A program made the position numbers and the translations under genes. The notes below the pieces were generated by a model. That model searched no databases, was not told where the DNA came from, and was given only the letters and a program-made list of their open reading frames with translations. A stretch of DNA of 49,466 bases from Patescibacteria group bacterium (GTDB taxonomy: Bacteria > Patescibacteriota > Saccharimonadia > UBA4664 > SCTI01). Location of the stretch: NCBI GenBank assembly GCA_004297735.1, contig SCTI01000001.1:1-49466 (forward strand). Direction: 5' to 3'. Shown piece after piece: positions 34,263-44,365 of this stretch. Numbering within the stretch: position 1 is the first letter of the stretch; the number at the start of each line of letters is the position of its first letter.

Positions 34263-35204
34263 ATGGCCGAAACACTTTATGATGTGGCGGTGGTTGGCGC
34301 CGGCCCAACTGGTTTGGCTGCCGCAGTCTATACCACGCGAGAGGATCTTAAGACGATCGTTGTAGACAAGGGGGTTGTCGGTGGTTTAATCGCAACCACT
34401 GAAACGGTGGATAACTATCCGGGTTTTCCAGATGGTGTTGGTGGTATTGAGCTGGCTGAGCGGATGCAAAAGCAAGCTGAGCGCTTTGGCGCCGAGATAA
34501 AGCTTAATACCGAGGTTGTTGGTTTGAGCCCTGCAGATGATCATGTTGAGCTAAAGCTGGTCGACGGGGTAATTAAGGCACGCAGCGTGTTGATCGCCAC
34601 CGGTTCGGCCTATCGCAAACTCCAGATACCAGGAGAAAAGGAGCTGGAGGGCCGCGGGGTTCATTACTGTGCTACCTGTGATGGCCCGCTTTACCGCAAT
34701 AAAGATTTGGTGGTGGTTGGCGGTGGCAACACCGCGCTGCAAGAGAGCCTGTTTTTAGCTAAGTTTGCCCGCAAGATTACTATGCTGGTTCGCAAGAGCG
34801 AGTTTCGCGGTTCGGAGATTTTGGTTGAGGCGATTCAGCAAAAAGACAACATTGAGGTTAAATTTGAAGCTGAGGCCACCGAAGTGGTGGCAAGCCAAGG
34901 CCGCTTTGATCATGTGGCGGTAGCCACCAAAGGTCAGACCGAGTCGCTTAAGGCGGATGGACTGTTTGTCTTTATCGGGTTATTGCCAAATACCGACTGG
35001 CTACACAAGGCGGTTAGCTTGGATGAGCGTAATTTGGTAGAGGTGGACAAACAGATGCGTACCAATATTGCCGCGGTTTTTGCGGCCGGCGATGTAACCG
35101 AGGGTTCGATTGGCCAGGTTGCCAGTGCGGTGGGCGAAGGGGTGTCGGCGGCGCTCGCAATCCGTGCTTATCTCGACCCGCACCACGGTACAACCGGTTA
35201 CTGA
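34263..35204 (+). CDS. trxB: thioredoxin-disulfide reductase
   Basis: 313 aa. Motifs VVGAGPTGLAAAVY, redox CATCDG, and GGGNTALQE. Confidence 0.95.
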   Translation: MAETLYDVAVVGAGPTGLAAAVYTTREDLKTIVVDKGVVGGLIATTETVDNYPGFPDGVGGIELAERMQKQAERFGAEIKLNTEVVGLSPADDHVELKLVDGVIKARSVLIATGSAYRKLQIPGEKELEGRGVHYCATCDGPLYRNKDLVVVGGGNTALQESLFLAKFARKITMLVRKSEFRGSEILVEAIQQKDNIEVKFEAEATEVVASQGRFDHVAVATKGQTESLKADGLFVFIGLLPNTDWLHKAVSLDERNLVEVDKQMRTNIAAVFAAGDVTEGSIGQVASAVGEGVSAALAIRAYLDPHHGTTGY

Positions 35205-35255
35205 TTTGGTATACTAAGCAGCAATACGACTAAAACTTAAAAAGGAAACTCGTTG

Positions 35256-35777
35256 ATGTCTAAACTTGATGCCGGCTCAAAGGCTCCCGACGTAGTTAAT
35301 GTGGTAATAGAAATTCGCCAGGGCGAACGTAATAAGTACGAGATGGATAAGGATACCGGTTACATTACTCTAGACCGAGTAACTCCGGTGGCGATGGGCT
35401 ACCCAACCGACTACGGTTATGTTCCGGAAACTCTGTGCGAAGATGGCGATCCGCTTGATGCCTTGCTGGTAATTGATGAGTCGGTGCCACATGGCGTGGT
35501 GGTTCCGTCGCGGCCGATAGGCGTGCTGAGAATGGTTGATGGTGGCGAGGGCGACGAGAAGTTAATTTGTGTGCCAAAGGATGATATTACCAAGGATCAC
35601 ATTACCGAGGTCGACCAGCTGGGTGACAACTTTAAAAAGATGGTTGAGCACTACTACACTCATTACAAGGACTGGAAGAAGGATTGGCAGGGCGCCGAAG
35701 TTAGCTTTAATGGCTGGGGTAACGCCGCTGAGGCTAAAAAGGTCGTTACCGAGTCGATTGAGCGGGTGAGCCAGTAA
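35256..35777 (+). CDS. ppa: inorganic pyrophosphatase (family I)
   Basis: Motifs EIRQGERNKYEMD, YGYVPETLCEDGDPLDAL and DEKLI. ATG at 35256 follows AAAGGAAA. Confidence 0.9.
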   Translation: MSKLDAGSKAPDVVNVVIEIRQGERNKYEMDKDTGYITLDRVTPVAMGYPTDYGYVPETLCEDGDPLDALLVIDESVPHGVVVPSRPIGVLRMVDGGEGDEKLICVPKDDITKDHITEVDQLGDNFKKMVEHYYTHYKDWKKDWQGAEVSFNGWGNAAEAKKVVTESIERVSQ

Positions 35778-35851
35778 GGCACGCTCGCAGAAACTTGCAC
35801 CAAGACGCCTATGCTTATATGATGTAGGCAAGTAAGGGTAAAAACAAAAAC

Positions 35852-36862
35852 ATGGCATATAAGCTCGCAATCAATGGATTTGGCCGAATTGGCCGAAATG
35901 CCTTTAAGATCGCCTGGGGTAACCCTGATCTTGAGGTAGTAGCAATTAATGACCTGGGTGATACCAAGACCTTGGCTCATCTGCTAAAGCATGACTCAAA
36001 CTACGGCCTGTACCATCACCAGGTTGGTTTTGATGACAAGCACCTTATTGTTGAGGGTCACAAAATACCGGTTACGGCCGAAACCGAACCGGCAAAGCTG
36101 CCTTGGAAGAAGCTCAAAGTCGACGTGGTGATTGAAAGCACTGGGCGCTTTACCAAGCGCGTGGATGCCGAAAAACATCTTAAAGCCGGCGCCAAGCGGG
36201 TGGTGATTTCGGCTCCAGCCAAGGACGAGGATGTCCCAACCATTGTGATCGGCGCTAACGAAGATGAGCTGACCGCTAAAGACACCATCATCTCGAACGC
36301 CTCATGTACCACCAACTGTATTGCCCCGGTTATGGCGGTGCTGGACGATGTGTTCGGCGTCGAAAAGGCGCTGATGACCACCACTCACTCCTATACGGCA
36401 ACTCAGAGGCTGCAGGATGCTCCAGCTAAGGATATGCGCGAGGCACGTAACGCCGCCGAAAACATTATTCCGACCACCACCGGTGCATCAAAGGCCGCTG
36501 CCAGAGCTTTACCGCAGTTAAAGGGTAAGTTTGATGGCATGAGCGTGCGCGTACCCACCCCGGTAGTGAGCCTCAGCGACATCACCTTTGTCAGTAAAAA
36601 GAACACCAGCATCGAAGAGGTTAATCAGGCGTTAATGGATGCTGCTAGTAGCGAGCGCTTCGCCGGCATTTTAACCGCTACTGATCTTGAGCTAGTGTCG
36701 CGTGACTATTTGGGTAACAGTTACTCGGCCATAGTCGACCTGCCACTCACCAACGTGGTTGGCGGCAACTTGGTTAAGGTGGTGGCTTGGTACGACAACG
36801 AGTGGGGATACTCCAATCGGCTGGTCGAACAGGTTGTTAATGTTGGGAAGACCATCAAATGA
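35852..36862 (+). CDS. gap: glyceraldehyde-3-phosphate dehydrogenase (type I)
   Basis: 336 aa. Motifs INGFGRIGRN, the active site SNASCTTNC, and WYDNEWGYS. Confidence 0.95.
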   Translation: MAYKLAINGFGRIGRNAFKIAWGNPDLEVVAINDLGDTKTLAHLLKHDSNYGLYHHQVGFDDKHLIVEGHKIPVTAETEPAKLPWKKLKVDVVIESTGRFTKRVDAEKHLKAGAKRVVISAPAKDEDVPTIVIGANEDELTAKDTIISNASCTTNCIAPVMAVLDDVFGVEKALMTTTHSYTATQRLQDAPAKDMREARNAAENIIPTTTGASKAAARALPQLKGKFDGMSVRVPTPVVSLSDITFVSKKNTSIEEVNQALMDAASSERFAGILTATDLELVSRDYLGNSYSAIVDLPLTNVVGGNLVKVVAWYDNEWGYSNRLVEQVVNVGKTIK

Positions 36863-37308
36863 AAGTCTTCATCGGATCGGACCATCGAGGCTATGAGCTA
36901 AAAAATCAAATTCGTGAACACTTGGTACACAAAGGTTATGACGTGTCGGTGGTAGGTGGCGAGGTCAAAGATGACAATGATGATTATCCGCCCATCTCCT
37001 ACGAAGTAACTAGCAAGCTGTTGGGCGAGGATGATGGTACGGCGCGCGGTGTTTTGGTGTGTGGTAGCGGCCAGGGCATGGCAATCGCCGCCAACCGGGT
37101 ACGTGGCATTCGCGCCGCGCTGGCTTGGAGTCCGGCCGAGGTTAGAGCCGCTCGGAATGATGACGACGCCAATGTTTTAGTGTTACCGGCCGATATGCTG
37201 GACGTTGATACTGCCCTGGCGGTGGTGGATGTATTCTTTGAGCAAAAGTTTAGCGGCGAGGAGCGCCATCAGCGTCGAATCGACCAAATCGAGGAGCTGT
37301 ATGGCTAG
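36859..37308 (+). CDS. rpiB: ribose-5-phosphate isomerase B (RpiB/LacAB family)
   Basis: 149 aa. Motifs MKVFIGSDHRGYELK and LVCGSGQGMAIAANR. The start overlaps the gap stop (ATGA). Confidence 0.9.
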   Translation: MKVFIGSDHRGYELKNQIREHLVHKGYDVSVVGGEVKDDNDDYPPISYEVTSKLLGEDDGTARGVLVCGSGQGMAIAANRVRGIRAALAWSPAEVRAARNDDDANVLVLPADMLDVDTALAVVDVFFEQKFSGEERHQRRIDQIEELYG

Positions 37309-37939
37309 TGTGGTGCCAACCATTCTGGCTACCAGCCCAGAAGAGTACCAACAGATGTACGATGTAGCCCGTAGCTTAAGCGTACGAGTCCATGTTGATG
37401 TTAGCGACGGTAAGTTTACCGATAACGCTACGCTAGGTATAGCCCAGGTACATCGGGATGATGAGGCTGAACTTGACCTGCACCTGATGGTTGAGGACCC
37501 TACTAGCATCCTGGAAAGCGCGCTTAGCCTTAAGCCGCAGTTAATTATTTTTCATGCCGAATCGCAGGGTGATGTCGGTGCCTGTATTGAGCACTGTCGC
37601 GAATTGGGTGTTAAGGCCGGGGTGGCCATTCTACCCCAAACCTCGGTTGAATCGGCTCGTGAGCTGATAGTTAAGGCCGATCACGTGCTAATATTTACCG
37701 GCTCACTTGGCCATAACGGTGGTGAGTTTGACTTAACTCAGCTTGGGCGGGTCGGTGATGTAAGAAACCTTAAGCCGAGCATCGAAATTAGTGTTGATGG
37801 CGGCGTAAATGACAAAGTGGCCTCGCTAATTGCGGTTGAAGGAGTTGACGTGTTGTATTCCGGTGGATTTTTACAGCAAGCCGAGGAGCCCAAGGCGGCT
37901 TTTGAGTCAATCAACGGTCAGATAGGGGCGACGGTATGA
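37301..37939 (+). CDS. rpe: ribulose-phosphate 3-epimerase-like protein
   Basis: ATG at 37301 (MASVVPTILA). Motifs VHVDVSDGKF and HLMV. The longer track ORF from 37205 overlaps rpiB and is not needed. Confidence 0.75.
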   Translation: MASVVPTILATSPEEYQQMYDVARSLSVRVHVDVSDGKFTDNATLGIAQVHRDDEAELDLHLMVEDPTSILESALSLKPQLIIFHAESQGDVGACIEHCRELGVKAGVAILPQTSVESARELIVKADHVLIFTGSLGHNGGEFDLTQLGRVGDVRNLKPSIEISVDGGVNDKVASLIAVEGVDVLYSGGFLQQAEEPKAAFESINGQIGATV

Positions 37940-38820
37940 AATCACTAACGGTACCGCAACTCGAAAAGCAGGCCAATCAGATTCGCCAAGACATTATTGA
38001 GATGTTGGTCGAAGCTGGTAGCGGGCATTCGGCCGGTTCACTTGGGATGGCCGACATTTTTACGGCCCTATACTTTCGCATTATGAATCATGATCCAAAA
38101 AAACCAGACTGGTCGGAGCGCGATCGCTTAATTCTATCTAATGGCCACATTGTACCGGTACGCTACGCAACTATGGCTCGAGCCGGTTACTTTCCGGTTA
38201 AGGAGCTTAAGACTTTGCGCAAGTTTGGGTCGCGCCTGCAAGGTCACCCGGAGCGCGTCCGCCTGCCTGGCCTGGAGACTACAAGTGGTCCGCTTGGCTC
38301 AGGTCTGAGTGCCGCTTGTGGCATGGCGCTAGCTCTTAAAATGGATGGGGCTAAGCAACAGAGAGTGTACTGCTTAACCGGTGACGGCGAGCTGGATGAG
38401 GGCAATATCTGGGAGGCAATTATGTTTGGTGCCAAGTACAAGCTCAGTAATCTGACGGTGATTGTTGACCGTAACAACATCCAAATTGATGGCCCAACCG
38501 AAAAGGTGATGCCATTAGAGGATCTCGCCGCCAAGTGGGAGAGCTTTGGTTGGCATGTAATTGAGATTGATGGTCACAGCATGCAGGGAATTATAGATGC
38601 CTGCAACATGGCTAAGGCGATTGAAAATCGCCCGGTGGTAATTATTGCTCACACCATTCCTGGCAAGGACGTGGATTACATGGAAAATGATTACCATTGG
38701 CATGGTAACCCGCCCGGACTAGCCGATATGGCCGGAGCGCCCCCTAAGGCTCAGCAGGCCAAGGTGGCACTGCATGAGCTACGGACGCTTGGCGGCCGGA
38801 TTCGAGGCGAGCATGAGTAA
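37936..38820 (+). CDS. tkt: transketolase, N-terminal (TPP-binding) subunit
   Basis: 294 aa. Motifs GSGHSAGSLG, SNGH and GDGELDEGNIWEA. It is a split-gene form. Confidence 0.9.
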   Translation: MKSLTVPQLEKQANQIRQDIIEMLVEAGSGHSAGSLGMADIFTALYFRIMNHDPKKPDWSERDRLILSNGHIVPVRYATMARAGYFPVKELKTLRKFGSRLQGHPERVRLPGLETTSGPLGSGLSAACGMALALKMDGAKQQRVYCLTGDGELDEGNIWEAIMFGAKYKLSNLTVIVDRNNIQIDGPTEKVMPLEDLAAKWESFGWHVIEIDGHSMQGIIDACNMAKAIENRPVVIIAHTIPGKDVDYMENDYHWHGNPPGLADMAGAPPKAQQAKVALHELRTLGGRIRGEHE

Positions 38821-39793
38821 AGAAATGCATTTAGACGACAAGGCGCTTACCAAGGACGCTACGCGAGAGCCAATCCGCGCTGGTTTTGGGCGCGGCCTGG
38901 TTAAGGCCGGGCAGCTGAATAGCCAGGTTGTAGCCCTGTGCGCCGACCTCACCGATTCGGTGAAGATGGGGGCTTTTGCTAAGGAGTTTCCGGATCGCTT
39001 TGTTGAGGTTGGCATCGCCGAGCAAAACCTAGTTACGGTTGGTTCGGGCATGTCGTTGATGGGTAAGGTTCCATTTGTTTCTAGTTACGCCGCGTTTTCG
39101 CCCGGTCGCAACTGGGAGCAAATTCGTACAACCGTTTGCCTAAATGAAGCTAATGTTAAAATTGTTGGCTCGCATGCCGGTTTAATGACCGGTCCAGACG
39201 GCGCCACCCATCAAATGCTCGAAGACATCGCCTTAATGCGAGTATTGCCAAACATGACGGTGGTGGTGCCCTGCGACAGTATTGAGGCCGAGAAGGCTAC
39301 CCTGGCAATTGCTGGCCATAAGGGTGGCGCTTACCTGCGTTTGGCTCGTGAAAAAACTCCGGTTTTGACTACGGCTGATACGCCGTTTGCCCTAAACAAG
39401 GCCCAAGTGTTCCGACCGGGTAAGGACGTTACAATTGTTGCTTGCGGCGTTATGGTTCATCAGGCGTTGGCGGCGGCTGAGGCGTTGGCCAAAAAGGGCA
39501 TTGAGGCCGAGGTGATTAACTGCCCGGTAATTAAGCCCCTTGATACCATTACCCTGCTGGCCTCAATCCGCAAAACCGGTAAAGTTGTCACTTGCGAAGA
39601 GGGCCAGATCAACGGTGGCCTAGGCGGGGCCGTGGCCGAGATGCTGGGCGAACACCATCCAGTGGCGATGCGGCGGGTTGGTATGCGCGATCGTTTTGGT
39701 GAGTCTGGCACCCCAGATGAGCTGCTGGAGCACTTTGAGCTGACCGCGCCACATGTCGCGAAAACTACAAACGAACTCATCAAAAACACTTAG
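38813..39793 (+). CDS. tkt: transketolase, C-terminal (pyrimidine-binding) subunit
   Basis: ATG at 38813 overlaps the stop of the N-terminal subunit (ATGAGTAA). Motifs FVEVGIAEQN and THQMLEDIA. Confidence 0.9.
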   Translation: MSKEMHLDDKALTKDATREPIRAGFGRGLVKAGQLNSQVVALCADLTDSVKMGAFAKEFPDRFVEVGIAEQNLVTVGSGMSLMGKVPFVSSYAAFSPGRNWEQIRTTVCLNEANVKIVGSHAGLMTGPDGATHQMLEDIALMRVLPNMTVVVPCDSIEAEKATLAIAGHKGGAYLRLAREKTPVLTTADTPFALNKAQVFRPGKDVTIVACGVMVHQALAAAEALAKKGIEAEVINCPVIKPLDTITLLASIRKTGKVVTCEEGQINGGLGGAVAEMLGEHHPVAMRRVGMRDRFGESGTPDELLEHFELTAPHVAKTTNELIKNT

Positions 39794-39829
39794 CAGATGC
39801 TAAACTTAAAGAAATAAAGGAAAACCCAT

Positions 39830-40717
39830 ATGCAACATGAACAGCTAGAGCGAATTCAACATGGTAAGGGTTTTATTGCGGCGCTCGATCAGAGCGGCGG
39901 TAGCACCCCTAAAGCCTTAGAGAACTATGGCATTACAGAAGATGCCTATTCGAATGAAGATGAGATGTTTGATCTGGTTCACCAGATGCGTAGCCGGATT
40001 ATTCAGAGTCCGGCCTTTACCGGGGAGCATATTTTGGGAGCCATTTTATTTAAAGCGACGATGGAGCGGCAAATAGATGGTCTCGATACAGCCGACTTTC
40101 TGTGGCAGAGTAAGCAGATCGTACCGTTCTTAAAGATTGATAACGGCTTGGCGGAAGAGGTAGACGGGGTTCAGCTTATGAAGCCAATGCCGGAGCTGGC
40201 ACAGCTGCTTGATCGGGCTAAACAAAAGCACATCTTTGGCACAAAGATGCGATCGGTCATCAAAGAAAACAACGCTGACGGTATTGCTCGGGTGGTTGAT
40301 CAACAGTTTGAGCTGGCCAGGCAGATAATTGCAGCCGGCTTAGTGCCGATTATTGAGCCAGAGGTCGATATTCATGCCGCCGACAAGGATGTGATCGAAG
40401 CGGTCCTCAAATCGGAGCTTAAAGAGGGCCTCGATGGCCTACGTGATGATGAGTTGGTTATGTTTAAGCTAACATTACCAGAGGAGGATGATCTCTACCA
40501 TGAATTTACCGCTCATCCAAAGGTGATCCGGGTGGTGGCCTTGTCGGGTGGCTACGCCGCTAAGGAGGCAAATGAACGTCTTTCTCGCAACCACGATGTA
40601 ATTGCCAGCTTCAGCCGCGTGCTCGCCGAAGGCTTATCGGTGGATCAGACAGATGAAGAGTTTGATGCCACGTTGCAAGCTACGGTTGATAGCGTTTACG
40701 AAGCTTCTTTGACTTAG
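39830..40717 (+). CDS. fba: fructose-bisphosphate aldolase, class I
   Basis: 295 aa. Motifs [19 protein letters not shown] and PFLKIDNG, as in Gram-positive class I aldolases. Confidence 0.85.
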   Translation: MQHEQLERIQHGKGFIAALDQSGGSTPKALENYGITEDAYSNEDEMFDLVHQMRSRIIQSPAFTGEHILGAILFKATMERQIDGLDTADFLWQSKQIVPFLKIDNGLAEEVDGVQLMKPMPELAQLLDRAKQKHIFGTKMRSVIKENNADGIARVVDQQFELARQIIAAGLVPIIEPEVDIHAADKDVIEAVLKSELKEGLDGLRDDELVMFKLTLPEEDDLYHEFTAHPKVIRVVALSGGYAAKEANERLSRNHDVIASFSRVLAEGLSVDQTDEEFDATLQATVDSVYEASLT

Positions 40718-40810
40718 CAGAGCTAAAAACATTCTTCGCGAGTAGGTGTTAAGAATTATTTAATAATTTATTGATACAGTGGGCTTAACACAAACTAAGC
40801 CGGAGGACTT

Positions 40811-41101
40811 ATGGCTCTAACAACCGAAGACAAAACTTATATTGACGCAAGCGTAAAGAAAATTATCGACCATGCGCTTGAAGAGTTTGCCATATCGATC
40901 AATAACAGTTTTCAGGCAATGCACCAAAGATTTGATCTTTTAGAGATTCGGGTTGGGAATTTAGAGACGCGGATGTCTAAAACTGAGGCTAGATTGGAGG
41001 AGATGGATCGTCGCTTGGGTCACAAGGTGGATTTGCTGTTTGATGCTATCTCATATCGGTCCGAGGAGGCGGCTGTTGAGTCGCAGGCGCAAACAGCCTA
41101 A
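40811..41101 (+). CDS. small coiled-coil protein related to the heptad-repeat protein at 7424-7936
   Basis: 96 aa with SD GGAGG upstream. It shares the pattern RFDLLEIRVGNLETRMSKTEARLEEMDRRL. Confidence 0.6.
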   Translation: MALTTEDKTYIDASVKKIIDHALEEFAISINNSFQAMHQRFDLLEIRVGNLETRMSKTEARLEEMDRRLGHKVDLLFDAISYRSEEAAVESQAQTA

Positions 41102-41174
41102 TTTTAATTTAAGATTAAGATAAGCCGCGACTAAAAAACCTGTAATTTTTAAGCATAGACAGTATAATAATGTC

Positions 41175-42152
41175 ATGAGCACTCACAATCATATCCGCAT
41201 AGTTTCGGTCGGGGCGGCCTCTCAGGATGTGTTTATTATGGGTAAGGCGCTTCATGGTAAGCGCGACGTACGATCTCATGCGCTGGTTGAACAGTTTCCG
41301 CTGGGTGCCAAGCTGGAGCTTGATAGGGTGGTTTTTGATACCGGGGGCGGGGCTACGAACGCGGCCGTAACCTTTGCCCGCCAGGGTTTTAGTAGTAGCT
41401 ACGCCGGCAAGATTGGCAAGGACCCAGCCGGGGCAGAGGTATTGCGCGTACTTAAGCGCGAAGGTGTCGATACCTCTCATTTGCGGGTTGACGAGCGACT
41501 GGGCACGGCTTATTCGACCATTATGCTATCCGATACCGGTGAGCGAACCATATTAGCCTACCGCGGCGCTTCGGCTCGCTTAAAGGCCGATGATTTTTAC
41601 GGCAGTCATATTATGGAGGGCGACTGGATGTATATCTCGTCGCTGGCGGGCAACATGGATCTGCTTAAAAAGCTGCTGCAGCACGCCCATAAGCAGAGGA
41701 TGAAGGTAGCTTTTAATCCAGGTAAGGGAGAGCTAGCCAATCCCAAAAAGCTGCGAAGTTATTTGCAGGGTGTCGAAATTTTAATGGCCAATAAAGAAGA
41801 GATGCAGTTGGTGTTTGGGGGTGAGCGGCCGGTTGATACGGTTCTAAATGCCATGCCGTACTGCCCCTACATTGTGCTAACCGATGGCCCGGCGGGCAGT
41901 TATGTGTCTGACGGTCAAAGCATCTACTTTGCTGGTCAGTATAAGCGAGTTAAGGTGGTTGATCGCACCGGTGCCGGTGACGCTTTTTGTGCTGGCTTTG
42001 TTGCCGCAATTGCCCGGGGCGATTCGGTTGAGGATGCGCTAACGTTGGGTAGTGCAAACTCTACCGGGGTGGTACAGCAAATTGGCGCCAAGACCGGTAT
42101 TCTGCGTACCAACCGGCTCAAGACGATGAAGGTTAAACGAGTCTCAATTTAA
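41175..42152 (+). CDS. PfkB-family carbohydrate/nucleoside kinase
   Basis: 325 aa. The N-terminus carries a GG motif (FDTGGGATNAAV) and the PfkB signature DRTGAGDAFCAGF is present. TATAAT at 41163-41168 lies 6 nt before the ATG (leaderless geometry). Confidence 0.85.
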   Translation: MSTHNHIRIVSVGAASQDVFIMGKALHGKRDVRSHALVEQFPLGAKLELDRVVFDTGGGATNAAVTFARQGFSSSYAGKIGKDPAGAEVLRVLKREGVDTSHLRVDERLGTAYSTIMLSDTGERTILAYRGASARLKADDFYGSHIMEGDWMYISSLAGNMDLLKKLLQHAHKQRMKVAFNPGKGELANPKKLRSYLQGVEILMANKEEMQLVFGGERPVDTVLNAMPYCPYIVLTDGPAGSYVSDGQSIYFAGQYKRVKVVDRTGAGDAFCAGFVAAIARGDSVEDALTLGSANSTGVVQQIGAKTGILRTNRLKTMKVKRVSI

Positions 42153-43387
42153 TGACCAGGTTAGCGGAGTTTTTACAGGCCAAAGAGCCATTGTTTGACC
42201 ACGCACTTAAGCAGCTGGAGCAGCGGACCGGCCAAAAGGGCGCTGACGCCAAGTTGAGCGCCGAGCTGGCGGAAAAGTCGGCCAACTTTACCAAGCTGCT
42301 CGGACTCAACTCGGACTGCAGCGGCGAAGATCTTTACTCGGCCTTAACCGTTAAAATTAAGGATCAAGACAAACACTTAGCCGAAGCAATTGGCGGTACG
42401 CACCACGAAAATGTGGCCGAGATGGTTCCGCTGGCAATTCGCCGGTTGGAGCAGATTAATATGCCACGGAGCTGCTTTGCAATGAAGTATAAGGTGGCCG
42501 CCAAGATGTTGGCTAAGCAGCCACCGCAAGAACTGATGAAGCGACTGGGCTACTCCGACATTGAAGCAATGATTGAAAAAGAGGATTTAGCCGAGCTGTT
42601 TATCGCCATTCGCTTTACCGAGGGGCCGGATTGGCTGAACCGGTTTAATGAGGTCTATCAAGACCTAAAGCCAAGTGATTTTGAGGAACGCCCAATTAAG
42701 TTGGTGCGTTTTGATGGCGATAAATGGGGTAATGTAGCGGAGCACTTCATCGTTAAAAAGAAGCATATCAACACGCACTCCAAGGAGCTTGGCGTGGTGG
42801 CAATCCTGCATCCGCCGCACTCGGAGATGAAGGCGATTACGCTCAAGGTCATCACCTTAACCCTGCACTATTACAACGAGGTACGTTTATATAGCGCCTA
42901 TTTTAAGTACCTCGCCAAAAATGAAAAAAACTTTGGTAAAACCATCGTCGAAACCTTAATTGCTGATACGCCATCGGTTAAGATGATTGATCATGGTGAC
43001 ATTCATTGGCGAGTAATTCAGCGCTACTACGGTAAAATTGGCGAAAGCGCTCAGCACCCTGAAGTTTTTCAGCCACATTTGCAGCCAGAGGATCTACATT
43101 GGCGTAGTGCTGAAAAAATTCTGTACCAAATCGACCCAGAAATGGGTATCTGGCAGGATATGGATTATGTGGCGGTTAAAAAACCGGACGGCGTAGTCAC
43201 CTTTAATTTAATGGATGTAGCGTTAAGCTATGCTAACGAAGTGCCATATGTCGATCGCTATCTGTATCACTTCCAGGAGTCGCTGTGGAATGAGATCTTT
43301 GCGCGGTATATGGGCGATGACGTGCTGCGCGAACAGCTGCTAGTCAAGCTCGATAACGCTATCGTTGAACCGGAGGACCTAACTTAA
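42152..43387 (+). CDS. conserved-looking hypothetical protein (411 aa), translationally coupled to the pfkB-family and LOG-like genes
   Basis: TAATG overlap with the kinase stop, and its own stop abuts the next ATG. I recognise no motif. Confidence 0.6.
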   Translation: MTRLAEFLQAKEPLFDHALKQLEQRTGQKGADAKLSAELAEKSANFTKLLGLNSDCSGEDLYSALTVKIKDQDKHLAEAIGGTHHENVAEMVPLAIRRLEQINMPRSCFAMKYKVAAKMLAKQPPQELMKRLGYSDIEAMIEKEDLAELFIAIRFTEGPDWLNRFNEVYQDLKPSDFEERPIKLVRFDGDKWGNVAEHFIVKKKHINTHSKELGVVAILHPPHSEMKAITLKVITLTLHYYNEVRLYSAYFKYLAKNEKNFGKTIVETLIADTPSVKMIDHGDIHWRVIQRYYGKIGESAQHPEVFQPHLQPEDLHWRSAEKILYQIDPEMGIWQDMDYVAVKKPDGVVTFNLMDVALSYANEVPYVDRYLYHFQESLWNEIFARYMGDDVLREQLLVKLDNAIVEPEDLT

Positions 43388-43957
43388 ATGGCTAAACTGC
43401 CCCCGCACGCTCAGTATCCCTACCAGATCTGCGTATCTGGTGCCGCCAAGGGCACCACGGTTAAGTACGCTCATAATCTTGCCGAGCAGGCCGGTAAGCG
43501 AATTGCCGAACGTGGCCACATTACACTAACCGGCTCAACCACCGGGCTGCCAGACTATGCGGCGGGAGGCGCTAAGCAGGTGGGCGGAGTTTCAATTGGC
43601 TTTTCACCGGCCTCTAGTCGTCGCGATCACGTTAAGTCCTACCAGCTGCCAACTAAAAACTACGACAGCATTTTGTGTACCGGTTTTGACTACACCGGGC
43701 GCGACCTGCTTTTAATCCGCTCGGCCGATGCGGTCGTTATGATTGGTGGGCGGATTGGCACACTGCAAGAGTTTGCGGTGGCTTTTGAGGAAAAGACTCC
43801 GATTGGCATTGTTGCTGGCTCGGGTGGGGTGAGTGATTCGATTAAAGAAGTGTTAAAGGCCGCCAAACGTAATCGGCATACCGTGCTGTTTAACGATGAC
43901 CCGGCTAAGCTGGTCGACGACCTAATTAAAATCTTAGATAAAAAATATAAGGAATAA
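43388..43957 (+). CDS. LOG / TIGR00725-family Rossmann-fold protein (possible nucleotide 5'-monophosphate nucleosidase)
   Basis: 189 aa. It has the GGxGTxxE motif (IGGRIGTLQEF) and the general LOG/SLOG layout. Confidence 0.7.
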   Translation: MAKLPPHAQYPYQICVSGAAKGTTVKYAHNLAEQAGKRIAERGHITLTGSTTGLPDYAAGGAKQVGGVSIGFSPASSRRDHVKSYQLPTKNYDSILCTGFDYTGRDLLLIRSADAVVMIGGRIGTLQEFAVAFEEKTPIGIVAGSGGVSDSIKEVLKAAKRNRHTVLFNDDPAKLVDDLIKILDKKYKE

Positions 43958-43967
43958 GAAAGCACTA

Positions 43968-43998
43968 CGCCCCGCGAAACTTCCGCAGGGCGCTTTTT
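43968..43998. terminator. bidirectional rho-independent terminator
   Basis: CGCCCCGCG / CGCAGGGCG stem (43968-43976 / 43984-43992) followed by TTTTT. Confidence 0.7.
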
Positions 43999-44365
43999 AT
44001 GAACTCAGCTTGATCTCGGCGCTAGCTAGCTCTTTTCGCAACTGCCTCCGCTTCCGTAGAAAAAAGTAGAAAGCAATCGAACCGGCCGTCGCCATTACCA
44101 CTGCAAAAAACGGTGGTTGATCCATCTCGTCCCACCCTAGGGAGTCCCGGTAAGACAGACAAACATACCAGGCCATACCCATTAGCCAGACGATATTTCG
44201 GCCCAAAATCAGACGCAGATCACTTGATCGGTACCGCTTTTCGCGCCGATTTTGAGTGATCGTATAGCCCGCAAAGTGGGAGTAAAGCGCCACAAATGCA
44301 GCGGCGCTGACGGTGATCGTTGAAGCTATGAAGTGAACTGCAAACTCCAGGGTCAGGTTACCCAC
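43997..44365 (-). CDS. integral membrane protein (about 4 TM helices)
   Basis: 122 aa. The start overlaps the stop of the upstream membrane gene by 8 nt. Confidence 0.55.
   Translation of the reverse strand: MGNLTLEFAVHFIASTITVSAAAFVALYSHFAGYTITQNRREKRYRSSDLRLILGRNIVWLMGMAWYVCLSYRDSLGWDEMDQPPFFAVVMATAGSIAFYFFLRKRRQLRKELASAEIKLSS

Noticed and set aside
37205-37300. A longer N-terminus for rpe (ORF-track start 37205), and similarly 38774 for the transketolase C-terminal subunit, 28691 for the COG0523 GTPase, and 29972 for crtEb.
   Set aside because: The extensions overlap the preceding gene by 40-100 nt in another frame and add non-homologous residues. Internal starts with stop/start overlaps (ATGA, ATGAGTAA, GTGATTAA) give proteins of canonical length.
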